This document shows, in pieces, positions 19,874 through 29,028 of a DNA stretch of 64,000 nt (positions within the stretch are counted from its first letter, which is position 1; each line of letters opens with the position of its first letter). Under the pieces are notes generated by a model that did no database searches, was not told the DNA's origin, and saw nothing but the letters and a program-made list of their open reading frames with translations. This DNA is from Candidatus Aminicenantes bacterium (GTDB lineage: Bacteria; Acidobacteriota; Aminicenantia; Aminicenantales; JAFGBC01), in NCBI GenBank assembly GCA_963702005.1, contig OY969696.1:4000001-4064000 (forward strand), in the 5' to 3' direction. A program made the position numbers and the translations under genes.

Positions 19874-20962
19874 TCACCGCTCGCGAAGACGGACGGCCAC
19901 GGGGCCGAGACCCTTGATTTTCTCCTTGATCGCAGCCGTCTCCTCGGGCGAGGGCATAAAGAACTCTATCCAAAGGACGTTCCCGCGCTGGGGATCGAAG
20001 GTCATGATCCGGGCGCCGGGCTGCCAGGCGTTGGCGCTGTCCGCTTCGCTGGCACGGGCGAAGAAGACCGCCTCCCGCTCCAGGTCCCCGATCCTCAAGG
20101 TCAGGCCCGCTCCCGAGGTCAATCCCGCCTTTTCGGCCTGCCCGGGGGTCCAGTTGGTGACGACGACGAAGCTCCCGCCCTGGTCGAGAAGGTTGAGGAT
20201 GTTGCCCTCGAGGACGCCGGCCGCGACCTTGACCTCTCCGGCATTGACCGCCGTCGTCGTGAAAAAGTCCCGGTCGAGGGGGACATCGAAAGAAACGTCG
20301 GATACCTCGGACAGGTTGCCGCGGCCTCCGACCAGAGACCGGAACCAGGATGAAGGCATCTTGACGCCCTGGAAGTCGCGGTAGGGTCCCATATCGAAAA
20401 ATTCTTCATAGCGGCTGCCGTCGGGATTGGTCCCGCGCAAGGCGACCTGGCGAAGAAGGCATCCGGCCGTGTCGAGGTCGAACTCGGCCGTCATGGGCGG
20501 AAGGGCCGCGCTGAGCCGGTAGAAGGACTCGGGCCCGAAGCGCCTGGTCCCTTCGAAGCGGAGGGCGGAGGCGAAGTTGCGGAGCGCGAAACAGCCGCCG
20601 AACAACTTCGCGTAGAGCGCAAAACGGGCTTTCTCGACGTCCGGGGTTTCGACCATCTCGTTGAGCCTGTTCCGGCGGATGAGATCACGGTCGACCAGAA
20701 TGACTTCGATGACGGCGGGCGGCAGGCCTTGGACGACGACCTTCATCGTCCCGGCCGGCGTGACATAGAAGACGTTTCCCCCCGCCGTAAGGGACAGATT
20801 CCGGAGCGAGGCCAGGCGCTCTTCCCCGCCGGCGGCGGCGACGTTCCGTTTCAGGATGTCAGAAACCGATACGACTGCTTGGCCCGGCCGGGCGAGGCCG
20901 AACGGAACCGCGGGGACGGCCAGGATCAGGAGGGTTGCCCAGACAATAGCGGACTTCCTCAT
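19874..20962 (-). CDS. Secreted hypothetical protein
   Basis: GGAGGT RBS, signal peptide, ILKRNVAAAGGEERLASL start typical of LolA-like fold proteins. Confidence 0.75.
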   Translation of the reverse strand: MRKSAIVWATLLILAVPAVPFGLARPGQAVVSVSDILKRNVAAAGGEERLASLRNLSLTAGGNVFYVTPAGTMKVVVQGLPPAVIEVILVDRDLIRRNRLNEMVETPDVEKARFALYAKLFGGCFALRNFASALRFEGTRRFGPESFYRLSAALPPMTAEFDLDTAGCLLRQVALRGTNPDGSRYEEFFDMGPYRDFQGVKMPSSWFRSLVGGRGNLSEVSDVSFDVPLDRDFFTTTAVNAGEVKVAAGVLEGNILNLLDQGGSFVVVTNWTPGQAEKAGLTSGAGLTLRIGDLEREAVFFARASEADSANAWQPGARIMTFDPQRGNVLWIEFFMPSPEETAAIKEKIKGLGPVAVRLRER

Positions 20963-21090
20963 CGAAACCTCCATGGCGGTCATTGTAGCGGATTCGTCGG
21001 CGGGGAGGAAGCCCTCGGACGAGCCGGCCTTCCCTTCCCGAGCGACCGGGGGCCGTCCTAGATTCCGATCCTGTCCCCAGGGGCCGGATC

Positions 21091-21204
21091 CTAACCTTTA
21101 AAGGAGTCGAACGAAAAAGGAACGGCTTTGCGCCGGACGGGATGGAGAGGAACGTATTTCATCCTCAGGAATTCCTCACTGAGGCGATCGACATCGGGTG
21201 TCAT
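21091..21204 (-). CDS. Candidate 37-aa small protein
   Basis: AAGGA RBS overlapping the upstream stop. Sequence MTPDVDRLSEEFLRMKYVPLHPVRRKAVPFSFDSFKG. Confidence 0.4.
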   Translation of the reverse strand: MTPDVDRLSEEFLRMKYVPLHPVRRKAVPFSFDSFKG

Positions 21205-21212
21205 GGCGTCCT

Positions 21213-21611
21213 TTAAGCGCTCCGGCCGGTCCGGGAATTCGACTCGAGCAGGCCGTCGATGGAGCGGTTGAAGGCCTGGAGGTCCAGCGGCTTGACGAAG
21301 AAATCGCTGATGGCCAAGCTCCGGACCTCCTCGCGGCGGATGAGGTCCGGGAAGGCCGAGATGAGGATGATCTTGCCCCGGTAGCCGGACTTCCGGAACT
21401 CGGCGATCATGTCCAGGCCGTTGGCGACGCCGTTCGCCCCGGGGAGCTTGAAATCGGCGATGATTAAATCCACGTCGGCCGTCCGGAAGCGGGCCAAAGC
21501 CTCCTGGACATCGCGGGCGAGGTAGACGAGATACTTCCGGCTCAGGATCAGGAAGAAAGTCTTCCGGATCGACTCGTCGTCGTCCACGACCACGATCCGC
21601 TTGGCATCCAT
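21213..21611 (-). CDS. Single-domain response regulator (receiver only)
   Basis: VVDDD, ADFKLPG phospho-Asp, ISAF and KP motifs. Confidence 0.88.
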   Translation of the reverse strand: MDAKRIVVVDDDESIRKTFFLILSRKYLVYLARDVQEALARFRTADVDLIIADFKLPGANGVANGLDMIAEFRKSGYRGKIILISAFPDLIRREEVRSLAISDFFVKPLDLQAFNRSIDGLLESNSRTGRSA

Positions 21612-21643
21612 ATCGCTTTTTTTCCTTTCCACGCTTCCTGAGA

Positions 21644-21659
21644 AGCCAGAATCGTGCCA
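21644..21659 (-). promoter_or_regulatory. Sigma-54 promoter
   Basis: TGGCAC-GATTC-TGGCT upstream of the receiver gene, with TTTACA half-sites at 21724 and 21732. Confidence 0.65.
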
Positions 21660-21753
21660 ACCCTGATGACCGGATTATCGGGGGAATCCGCCGGGGCCCG
21701 GCCGCGAGGAGCGCCGAAGATTATTTACAGGTTTACAGAAGGACGGGGGCACG

Positions 21754-23100
21754 TCAGGCGAGCTGAGAGAGGTCGATCTTGTACTCCTTGATCTTCTTGT
21801 CCAGGGTCGGGCGGCTGATTTGAAGGATCTGGCTGGCCCGGGTTTTGCTGCCCTTGGTCACGGCCAAGATGTGCTGGATGTAGCTCTTTTCGACGTCCTT
21901 GAGCGAGACGAGGTCCTTGGGAAAGACCTTTTTCTCGGCCGGCTCGAGCGGGAGGTTCTCCTTCTGGATGACGTCTCCCTTGGCCAGGATGACGGCCCGG
22001 GTCAGGGCGTTCTCAAGCTCGCGAACATTCCCCTTCCAGGGGAAATCGGCCAGGATCTTCATGACGTCGGAAGGGACCTTGCGGACGTTTTTCTTGAGGT
22101 CCCGATTGATCTTTTCCAGGAGATAGCCGACCAGGTCGGGGATATCCTCCCGCCGTTCGCGCAGGGAGGGGAGGTGGATCTCGACGACCTTGAGCCGGTA
22201 GTAGAGATCCTCGCGAAACCTTCCTTTCTCGATCAGGACGGAGAGGCTCTGGTTCGTGGCGGCGATGATGCGAGCCTCGGTCTTGAGGACCTTCTCGCCG
22301 CCGACCTTCATGAAGTCCCGGGTCTCGATGACCCGGAGGAGCTTGGATTGGAGGTTGGCCGAAACGTCTCCGATCTCGTCCAGGAACAGGGTTCCCTTGC
22401 CGGCGATCTCGAACTTGCCCCGCGTCTCGACGACGGCGTCGGTGAAGGCCCCCTTGACGTGCCCGAACAGCTCCGACTCGAGGAGCGTGTCCGTGATGGC
22501 CGAGCAGTTGATGACGATGAACGGTTCGTCCCGGAACAGGCTGTTGTAGTGGATGGCCTTGGCCACCAGCTCCTTGCCCGTCCCGCTCTCGCCCTGGATG
22601 AGGACGTTGGTCCGCGTATTGGCGACCGAGCCGATGAGCTTGAACACCTCGCGCATCGGCGCCGAGCGGCCGATAAGGTTGTCGATCGTGTACTCCTTCT
22701 GCATCTCCTCGACCAGATAATGGACTTTGTCCTCGAGCGAGCGGACCTGGAAGGCCTTGGCGATGGCCAGGTCGAGCTCCATGAAATCGAGCGGCTTGAC
22801 GAGGTACTCGAAGGCGCCGGCCTTGATGGCCTCGACGGTCGTCTTCATGTCGTCGAAGGCGGTCATGACCAAGACCAGGACCTTCTTGGTCCTGTCCTTG
22901 AGCTTGCGGAGGACCTCGAGCCCGTTCATGTCCGGGAGCCGGATATCGAGGATGACCAGGTCGGGCTGGATCTCGACCTGGCGGGCGAGGCCGTCCTCGC
23001 CGGCCGCGGCCAGATGAACCTCATAGCCCTGCTTGGCCAGGTGGGAGGTCAAGGTCCTCCCGACCAGGTTGTCGTCTTCGATGATCAGGATCGTTTTCAT
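21754..23100 (-). CDS. Sigma-54-dependent response regulator (NtrC/AtoC family)
   Basis: Receiver domain, GESGTGKE Walker A, ELFGHVKGAFTDA, LFLDEIG, WKGNVRELEN, Fis-type HTH. ATGA overlap with the kinase stop. Confidence 0.95.
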   Translation of the reverse strand: MKTILIIEDDNLVGRTLTSHLAKQGYEVHLAAAGEDGLARQVEIQPDLVILDIRLPDMNGLEVLRKLKDRTKKVLVLVMTAFDDMKTTVEAIKAGAFEYLVKPLDFMELDLAIAKAFQVRSLEDKVHYLVEEMQKEYTIDNLIGRSAPMREVFKLIGSVANTRTNVLIQGESGTGKELVAKAIHYNSLFRDEPFIVINCSAITDTLLESELFGHVKGAFTDAVVETRGKFEIAGKGTLFLDEIGDVSANLQSKLLRVIETRDFMKVGGEKVLKTEARIIAATNQSLSVLIEKGRFREDLYYRLKVVEIHLPSLRERREDIPDLVGYLLEKINRDLKKNVRKVPSDVMKILADFPWKGNVRELENALTRAVILAKGDVIQKENLPLEPAEKKVFPKDLVSLKDVEKSYIQHILAVTKGSKTRASQILQISRPTLDKKIKEYKIDLSQLA

Positions 23101-24554
23101 GCGTCCTCCTCGCCGGGCAGGGAGATCAGGAAGCAGCTCCCCCGCCCCCGCTTCTTGACGACCTTGATGACGCCGCCGTGCTGCTCGACGATCTTCCGGG
23201 CGTTGGCCAGGCCCAGCCCGAATCCGGCGGCTTTGGTCGTGAAGAACGGCTCGAAGATATTCTCCCAATCCTTGTCGGGGATGCCGCAGCCGTCGTCCCC
23301 GATCCGGGCCTGGATTCGCGTGCGCCCCTCCTCCCGGGTCCGCGACAGAATGATCCGGATTTCGCCCCCAGCCTCGACGGCCTCCAAGGCGTTGCGGAGG
23401 ACGTTCAGGAATACCTGCCGCATCTTGTCGCCGTCGACGGAGACGGCCGGCAGGTCCCCGGCCACGGACTTCTTGAGGACGATCCGCTTCTCCTCGAAGG
23501 ATTCGCGGAGGAGCTTGAGGGCCTCGTCCAGGACCGTCTCGAACGAGAAGCGCTCCTTCATCAGCTCCGAGGCCCGGGTGAAGCTCAGCAGCTCCTTGAT
23601 GAACTTCTCGATCTGACCGATCCCCTCCTGGGACAGGGCGATGTGCTCCCTTTCGACGGGGTCGAGCCGCTCGCTCTCCTGGATCTTCTGGATATTGAGC
23701 TTGACCGACGTCAGCGGGTTTCGGATTTCATGGGCGATCGTCGCGGCCAGCCGTCCGATCGAGGCCAGCTTCTCGGCCTGGACGAGCCGGCGGTTGGCGG
23801 CTTCCATCCGCTCCCGGGCTTGGAGGAGCTGGGCCGTCATCTCGTTGAAGCTCCGGGCCAGGTCGCCGAGCTCGTCCCGAGAGGCGAGGTTGATGCGGTG
23901 GGAAAAATCGCCCTTGGAGATCTGGACGGTGCCGGCCACGAGCTTCTTGAGGGGCCGGGTCACCCGGCGGGCGAGCAGGTTCGAAGCGATCAGGCCGACC
24001 AGGAACCCGCCCAGCCCGATCAACAGCAGGACGCGGCGGGTCCGGCGAACCTCGCGGGCCATGTCCTCCAGGGAATGGCCGATCTTGATCGAGCCCCATT
24101 TGGTCGGCACGCCCGAGGCGAAGATGGGAAGCTCGACCTCGAGGACGTTCTGGAGCTTGCCCCCGGTCAGGAGCGTCCGGGTCTGGAGCTCGTATTCCCC
24201 CTCAGCGACATCGGCCCGTAGGCCGGAGCGGGCGTAGATTTCGGGATAGGCCTGGATGGAAGCGTTGGCCGCCAGCGGTTTCCCGTATCGGTCGTAGATG
24301 ATGACATAGAGAAGGCGTTTTTCGATCTGTTCGTCGATCGTCTCCTGCATGGAGGCCGTGTCCCATTCCATAAGGGACCGCAGGTTGCGCGAGGCCAGGT
24401 ATTCGGCAATGATCAGGGTCCGGTTCTTGGTCTGCTCGAAGATCGTCCCGACCTCGCGCTTCTCGATGACGAACAGGACGGACCCGACCAAGACGGTCAG
24501 CAGGGCCGTGATCCAGGCCGCGAACCGCGTGTGGAGGGAAATCTTCCACTTCAC
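23097..24554 (-). CDS. HAMP-domain sensor histidine kinase
   Basis: Two TM with periplasmic loop, HAMP, AHEIRNPL H-box, N/G1/F/G2 boxes. Start is GTG 24554 or 24575. Confidence 0.95.
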   Translation of the reverse strand: MKWKISLHTRFAAWITALLTVLVGSVLFVIEKREVGTIFEQTKNRTLIIAEYLASRNLRSLMEWDTASMQETIDEQIEKRLLYVIIYDRYGKPLAANASIQAYPEIYARSGLRADVAEGEYELQTRTLLTGGKLQNVLEVELPIFASGVPTKWGSIKIGHSLEDMAREVRRTRRVLLLIGLGGFLVGLIASNLLARRVTRPLKKLVAGTVQISKGDFSHRINLASRDELGDLARSFNEMTAQLLQARERMEAANRRLVQAEKLASIGRLAATIAHEIRNPLTSVKLNIQKIQESERLDPVEREHIALSQEGIGQIEKFIKELLSFTRASELMKERFSFETVLDEALKLLRESFEEKRIVLKKSVAGDLPAVSVDGDKMRQVFLNVLRNALEAVEAGGEIRIILSRTREEGRTRIQARIGDDGCGIPDKDWENIFEPFFTTKAAGFGLGLANARKIVEQHGGVIKVVKKRGRGSCFLISLPGEEDA

Positions 24555-24564
24555 GTTCGTTCGT

Positions 24565-26190
24565 TCACCTTTCAAGCCAGACGTCTTTCGCGCTCAAAAA
24601 TTGCAGGCCGAGGGGCGGCAGCTTGACGTTCCGGACGAAGGGCTGGATGGACACCCGGCGCCGGATCGAGAACAGGGGCAGGACCGGACGCTCTTCGAGC
24701 AGGATCCGCTCGATGTCCCGGAACAGCTCGGTCCGCCGCGCCGAGCTCGGTTCGACTTGGGCCTTTTCGAGAAGACGGTCGACCTCGGCGTTGAAGTAGC
24801 CGATCATCCATTGATTGGCGATGGCCTTGGATTCGAACAGAGGCTGGATGATGTTCTCGGGGTCGGGAAAGTCCGTATTCCAGTCGAAGAACAGGAGGTA
24901 GGGCGTTTCAATCCTCTGGACGCTCGCCCAGTCCGAGACGGTCTGGAACTCGACCCTGATCCCCAGGGCTTCGAGCTGATCCTTGATCTCCCGGGACATC
25001 CTCTTCCGGTCCTCACGCTGGGTCCGGGCTTGGGCCACGGTCAGGACGGGGAGGTCGCGGGCGATGTCGATCCCGGCTTCGTCCAGAAGGGACCTGGCCC
25101 GCTTCGGGTCGTAGCCGTCCCGGTCGTCGATCGGGAAGAAGCCCGGGATCTTGACCGGGATGATGTTATTGGTGACCAGAGGGAGATAATAGGAGCCCGT
25201 GGCGGCCGCGGCCAGCCGGTTCTTGTCGATGGCCAAGGTCAGGGCCCGGCGTATGCGGGCGTCGTCGAGGGGAGGAATCCGGCAGCTGAAGGCGATGAAG
25301 CTAACGTCGAAAGATCCGTCCTCGACCACCTGGTAGGGAGGCTTGGACAACCTGTCCGAAAGACAGGGGAAGATGTGGACGTCCTGGCTTCGGAACTGGT
25401 CCTCCGTGAAGTGGGGGCTGAACTCCACGCCGTCCAGGTAAGCCTTCCGGCCGAAATAATCCTCGTTGCGATCCATCCGGATCCCGACGATATTGAGCTT
25501 GGGGTCCCTGATCCAATAGGCGAACTTGAACGGCCCGGTGCCCTGGGGCTTGAGGAAAAAGTCATCGCCCTGGGACAGGACGAGGTCGCGGGGCAGGATC
25601 TTGCAGAAGGACATGCAGAGGAGATAAAGCCCCGAGACGTAGGGATTCTTCCAATGGATCTCGAAGGTGGACTTGTCCTTGACGACGAAACCGGCGACGC
25701 CGTCGGCCCGTCCCTCAAAAAAATCCTGGGCGCCGACGATTCGGGGGAGGAAGTATTGACGGAACGTGGCGTCCGATTTTGGAGTGAGGAGTCTTTCGAG
25801 AGAAAATTTGACGTCATCGGCCGTGACCTCGGCCCCATGGTGGAACTTGACTCCGCGCCGGAGCTGGAAAGTGTACTTTCGGCCGTCCTCGGAAATGACC
25901 CAGTATTCGGCCAGGGCGGGAACGATATTGAGGTTGTTGTCGAGCCGGACCAGGCCGTCATAGATCTGCTCGAACACGAAAACATGACCCGGCAAGGCGG
26001 GGTCGAGCCGCGTATCGAGGCCGCTGGCAAAGGGCTTGATCCTCAGGGTGCCTCCCGTCCGCGGCCGATCCTCGCGACGGACGCCGGTCTGGGCCGCGAC
26101 CAAGGAAGATCCGAGGAACAGAGTCCCGATCAAGAACCAGGCCCCGATGCGCCGCCGTCGCTGGAATGACATGCCGACAGTCTTCACCAT
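24565..26190 (-). CDS. Family 5 (peptide/nickel-type) extracellular solute-binding protein
   Basis: LDPA, IYDGLV, PALAEYW.IS.DG..YTF.LR.GVKFH, GTGPFK, signal peptide. Confidence 0.92.
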   Translation of the reverse strand: MVKTVGMSFQRRRRIGAWFLIGTLFLGSSLVAAQTGVRREDRPRTGGTLRIKPFASGLDTRLDPALPGHVFVFEQIYDGLVRLDNNLNIVPALAEYWVISEDGRKYTFQLRRGVKFHHGAEVTADDVKFSLERLLTPKSDATFRQYFLPRIVGAQDFFEGRADGVAGFVVKDKSTFEIHWKNPYVSGLYLLCMSFCKILPRDLVLSQGDDFFLKPQGTGPFKFAYWIRDPKLNIVGIRMDRNEDYFGRKAYLDGVEFSPHFTEDQFRSQDVHIFPCLSDRLSKPPYQVVEDGSFDVSFIAFSCRIPPLDDARIRRALTLAIDKNRLAAAATGSYYLPLVTNNIIPVKIPGFFPIDDRDGYDPKRARSLLDEAGIDIARDLPVLTVAQARTQREDRKRMSREIKDQLEALGIRVEFQTVSDWASVQRIETPYLLFFDWNTDFPDPENIIQPLFESKAIANQWMIGYFNAEVDRLLEKAQVEPSSARRTELFRDIERILLEERPVLPLFSIRRRVSIQPFVRNVKLPPLGLQFLSAKDVWLER

Positions 26191-26265
26191 GATAATGAAT
26201 AATCAGGAAAAAAGCATCCTTTCCAAAATCCATAAACCACCGTTCTTTTCATCAGGACCTACAAA

Positions 26266-26281
26266 AGCAAACTTCATGCCA
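26266..26281 (-). promoter_or_regulatory. Sigma-54 promoter
   Basis: TGGCAT-GAAGT-TTGCT upstream of the binding protein / kinase / activator operon. Confidence 0.8.
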
Positions 26282-26352
26282 TAAAGGACTCCGGCCGGTC
26301 CCTGGAGATCGGCCGCAACATGAGGAAAATGAGATAAATAAGGCAAGGGAAC

Positions 26353-26368
26353 GTAAAGTTTATTTACA
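26353..26368. promoter_or_regulatory. Putative enhancer (activator-binding) site
   Basis: GTAAA-GTTTA-TTTACA starting 72 bp from the -24 element. Confidence 0.6.
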
Positions 26369-26397
26369 TATCCGGCCGTGGTAAAACGCTCCTTCGC

Positions 26398-27630
26398 CTA
26401 CCCGAATAGGACCTTGAGATCCCCGATCCGCTTCGCGATATCGACCCTGCGAACGCAGGTGGCGCTGCACTCCTGGCAAGACAAACAACCGGCCAAACCC
26501 CGATCCCGAGGAATGTTCTCGAGCGTCTGCCGGCACTGCCCAAAATTGGCGTAGACGGCCGCGTACATCCGGGCCCTCATCAGGCTTGGTATATCGGTTC
26601 CGCGGGGACAGGACGGTAGGCAGGAGCGACACTGGATGCAATAAGCAAGAGCGGCCGGGGACGTCTCTTTGAGGAAAGCGGCTTCCTCCGGCGTATAGTC
26701 GAGCCCCCCGGCGACGGACCAATCCGTATCGAGCTGGTCAAAGGTCGTGAATCCGGGGACGGCCGTCGCGATGAATTCATGACGGAGGGCCCACTTGAGG
26801 ACGGCCGTGTGGAGGATCGGGACTTCGTAGTACTTCTGCTGATCGCGGGGCAGTTCCTCCTTATACCAGTTCTGGGTGCACTGCGTCTTCATGGCGATGA
26901 GACCGATCCCCGCCGCGGAGGCGGCTTGCATGGCCGCCAGGAGGTCGCGATCCCCGGCCATGGCGTAGTTGAAAGCGGTCAAAACCACATCGTAGAACCC
27001 GTCGAGGCGCGCCGCCTCGAGGCATTCGGTCATACCCATGTGGGTCGAGAATCCGGCGAAGCGGATCCGGCCGCGCTTCTTGAGGTCGGACAGGGCGTCC
27101 CGGAACCCGGGATGGCGGATCTCCTCGGCCCGGCTGACGTCGTGGATGTAGAGGATGTCGACGGCGTCGGTCTGAAGGCGGACCAGGCTCTGTTCGGCCG
27201 ACCGGATGAACAGATCCTTCAAATCGGCGGCCGACAGGGAGCGCCGCTGCTCGCCCGGGATGAGAACCTTGGTCGCGATGACGGTCCGGTCGCGGACCCC
27301 GAGCTCCTTGAGGACCCGTCCCACCATCTGCTCGTTCCGGCCGCGGGCGTAGGCGCCGGCCGTGTCGAAGTGCCTCATCCCGACCTCGGAGGCCTTCCGG
27401 ACAAGCTCGGGGTTGTCCGCGTTCATAACCCCCATCGAGACGATCGGGAGCGTCAGTCCCGTCCGTCCCAGAGTCCGGGATAGGACGGGACCGGCCTTAT
27501 CCCGGGCCGGATGCGGGGTTCGGGTTTCGGCCCCCCGGGCCCAGCCGGCCGCCCCGGCGGCGGCCGCCGCCGCGCAGGCCGTTTTCGAGAAGAATTCGCG
27601 CCGTGTCATTCCTCGGGTCGGCGATGGCAT
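26398..27630 (-). CDS. Aldo/keto reductase with Tat signal and C-terminal Fe-S-type Cys motifs
   Basis: TRREFF Tat motif, LGRTGL, FDTAGAY, CIQCRSCLPSCP and CLSCQECSATC. Confidence 0.9.
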   Translation of the reverse strand: MPSPTRGMTRREFFSKTACAAAAAAGAAGWARGAETRTPHPARDKAGPVLSRTLGRTGLTLPIVSMGVMNADNPELVRKASEVGMRHFDTAGAYARGRNEQMVGRVLKELGVRDRTVIATKVLIPGEQRRSLSAADLKDLFIRSAEQSLVRLQTDAVDILYIHDVSRAEEIRHPGFRDALSDLKKRGRIRFAGFSTHMGMTECLEAARLDGFYDVVLTAFNYAMAGDRDLLAAMQAASAAGIGLIAMKTQCTQNWYKEELPRDQQKYYEVPILHTAVLKWALRHEFIATAVPGFTTFDQLDTDWSVAGGLDYTPEEAAFLKETSPAALAYCIQCRSCLPSCPRGTDIPSLMRARMYAAVYANFGQCRQTLENIPRDRGLAGCLSCQECSATCVRRVDIAKRIGDLKVLFG

Positions 27631-27648
27631 GGACGCCTCCTTCTTTTT

Positions 27649-28911
27649 CTATTTTTGAGAGCGCAGACGGCGGGAGACCTCGATGACGTTGCGGAAGACG
27701 CGCAGGGTGTTTCCGCTCCAGATCTTCTCGATCTCCCGATCGCTGAATCCGCGCCGGATGAGCTCCTCGCTGACGTGCACCATCCCGCTCACGTCGTTGC
27801 AGCCGGTGACTCCGCCCCCGCCGTCGAAATCCGTCCCGATTCCGACGTAATCGATGCCGATGACGCGCCGGACGTGGTCGATGTGGTCGACCAGGTCCTT
27901 GACGGTCGCCTTGTTTTCGGGATACTTCAGGTCGAGCGCCTCGTATTCCGCCCGGAGCTTTTTCCGGGTCTCCTCGTCCTTGATATCCCGGTAGGATCCG
28001 TAGGTCTTCTGAAGCTCCTGGAGGGCCTTGGTCCGCTCCGGGTTGGGCGGCGTCGCTTTGACGTAGGCCGACAGAAAACAGATCTGGATGACGCCGCCGT
28101 TCCGGGCCAGGGCGCGGAGCATATCGTCGCTGAGGTTGCGGGGGTTGTCGCAGACGGCCCGGGCGCAGGAGTGGGAGGCGAGGACGGGAGCCTGGGAAGC
28201 GGCCAGGATGTCGGCGAAAGATTTGTCCGAGGCGTGGGAGACATCGACGATCATCCCCAGGCGGTTGCATTCCCAGACGACGGAGCGGCCGAATTCGCTC
28301 AGGCCGTCGTCCTGGGGACGGCTCCGGTCGGTCGAGGAATCGCAGATATCGTTGTCGGCGGTATGAACCAGGGTCAGGAGCCGAACCCCCCGATCGTAAT
28401 AATCCCGGACGAGGCCGAGGTCCTTCCCGATCGGGTAGCCGTTCTCCATGCTGAAGAAGGCGATGAGCCGGCCTTGCTTTTTGAGCCGCAGGGCGTCTTC
28501 GGGCGTCAAGGCCGGGCCGATCAGCCCCGGATAATCGCGGCACATGCCCTGGACGGCTTCGATTTCCTTGAGGGCGGTCTGGCGGGCCGCTTCGTATCCC
28601 TCGGGCGTCCGCGGCCCCTGGCCGACGAAGGCGGCAAAGAATTCCGCGTCCAGGCGTCCCTCTTTCATGCGGGGGAGGTCGATCCGCCCGCTTCCCGGGA
28701 GAGACGGGTCGTGGCGGTCCCCGATTTTCCAGTCCGAGCGCATGATGTTGAAGGGCGTGTCGCAGTGGGTGTCGATGGACAGGATCCGGTCGTGGAGGCG
28801 GCGGGCGCGCGCCGCGATATCCTCCGGGGACTGGGACACCCGGCAAGCGAGCGCTCCCATTCCGAACACGATCACGCTTAGAACAAGGGGGCCGATTTTT
28901 CGCGAGGTCAT
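27649..28911 (-). CDS. Membrane dipeptidase (M19), probable lipoprotein
   Basis: DTHCDT, DVSH, ASHS, PRNLSD, DHIDH and GTDFDGG motifs, lipobox ALAC. Confidence 0.93.
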   Translation of the reverse strand: MTSRKIGPLVLSVIVFGMGALACRVSQSPEDIAARARRLHDRILSIDTHCDTPFNIMRSDWKIGDRHDPSLPGSGRIDLPRMKEGRLDAEFFAAFVGQGPRTPEGYEAARQTALKEIEAVQGMCRDYPGLIGPALTPEDALRLKKQGRLIAFFSMENGYPIGKDLGLVRDYYDRGVRLLTLVHTADNDICDSSTDRSRPQDDGLSEFGRSVVWECNRLGMIVDVSHASDKSFADILAASQAPVLASHSCARAVCDNPRNLSDDMLRALARNGGVIQICFLSAYVKATPPNPERTKALQELQKTYGSYRDIKDEETRKKLRAEYEALDLKYPENKATVKDLVDHIDHVRRVIGIDYVGIGTDFDGGGGVTGCNDVSGMVHVSEELIRRGFSDREIEKIWSGNTLRVFRNVIEVSRRLRSQK

Positions 28912-29028
28912 CGTTTCTCCTTTGCGGGGACGGCGGTCTCTCCTTAAGTTTGTGATTATAGCATAAACGGGGGGCAAGCGATCCGGGACGGGAGTCGACA
29001 CGTCCTCCGCGCAGGGGCGGCGACATCC

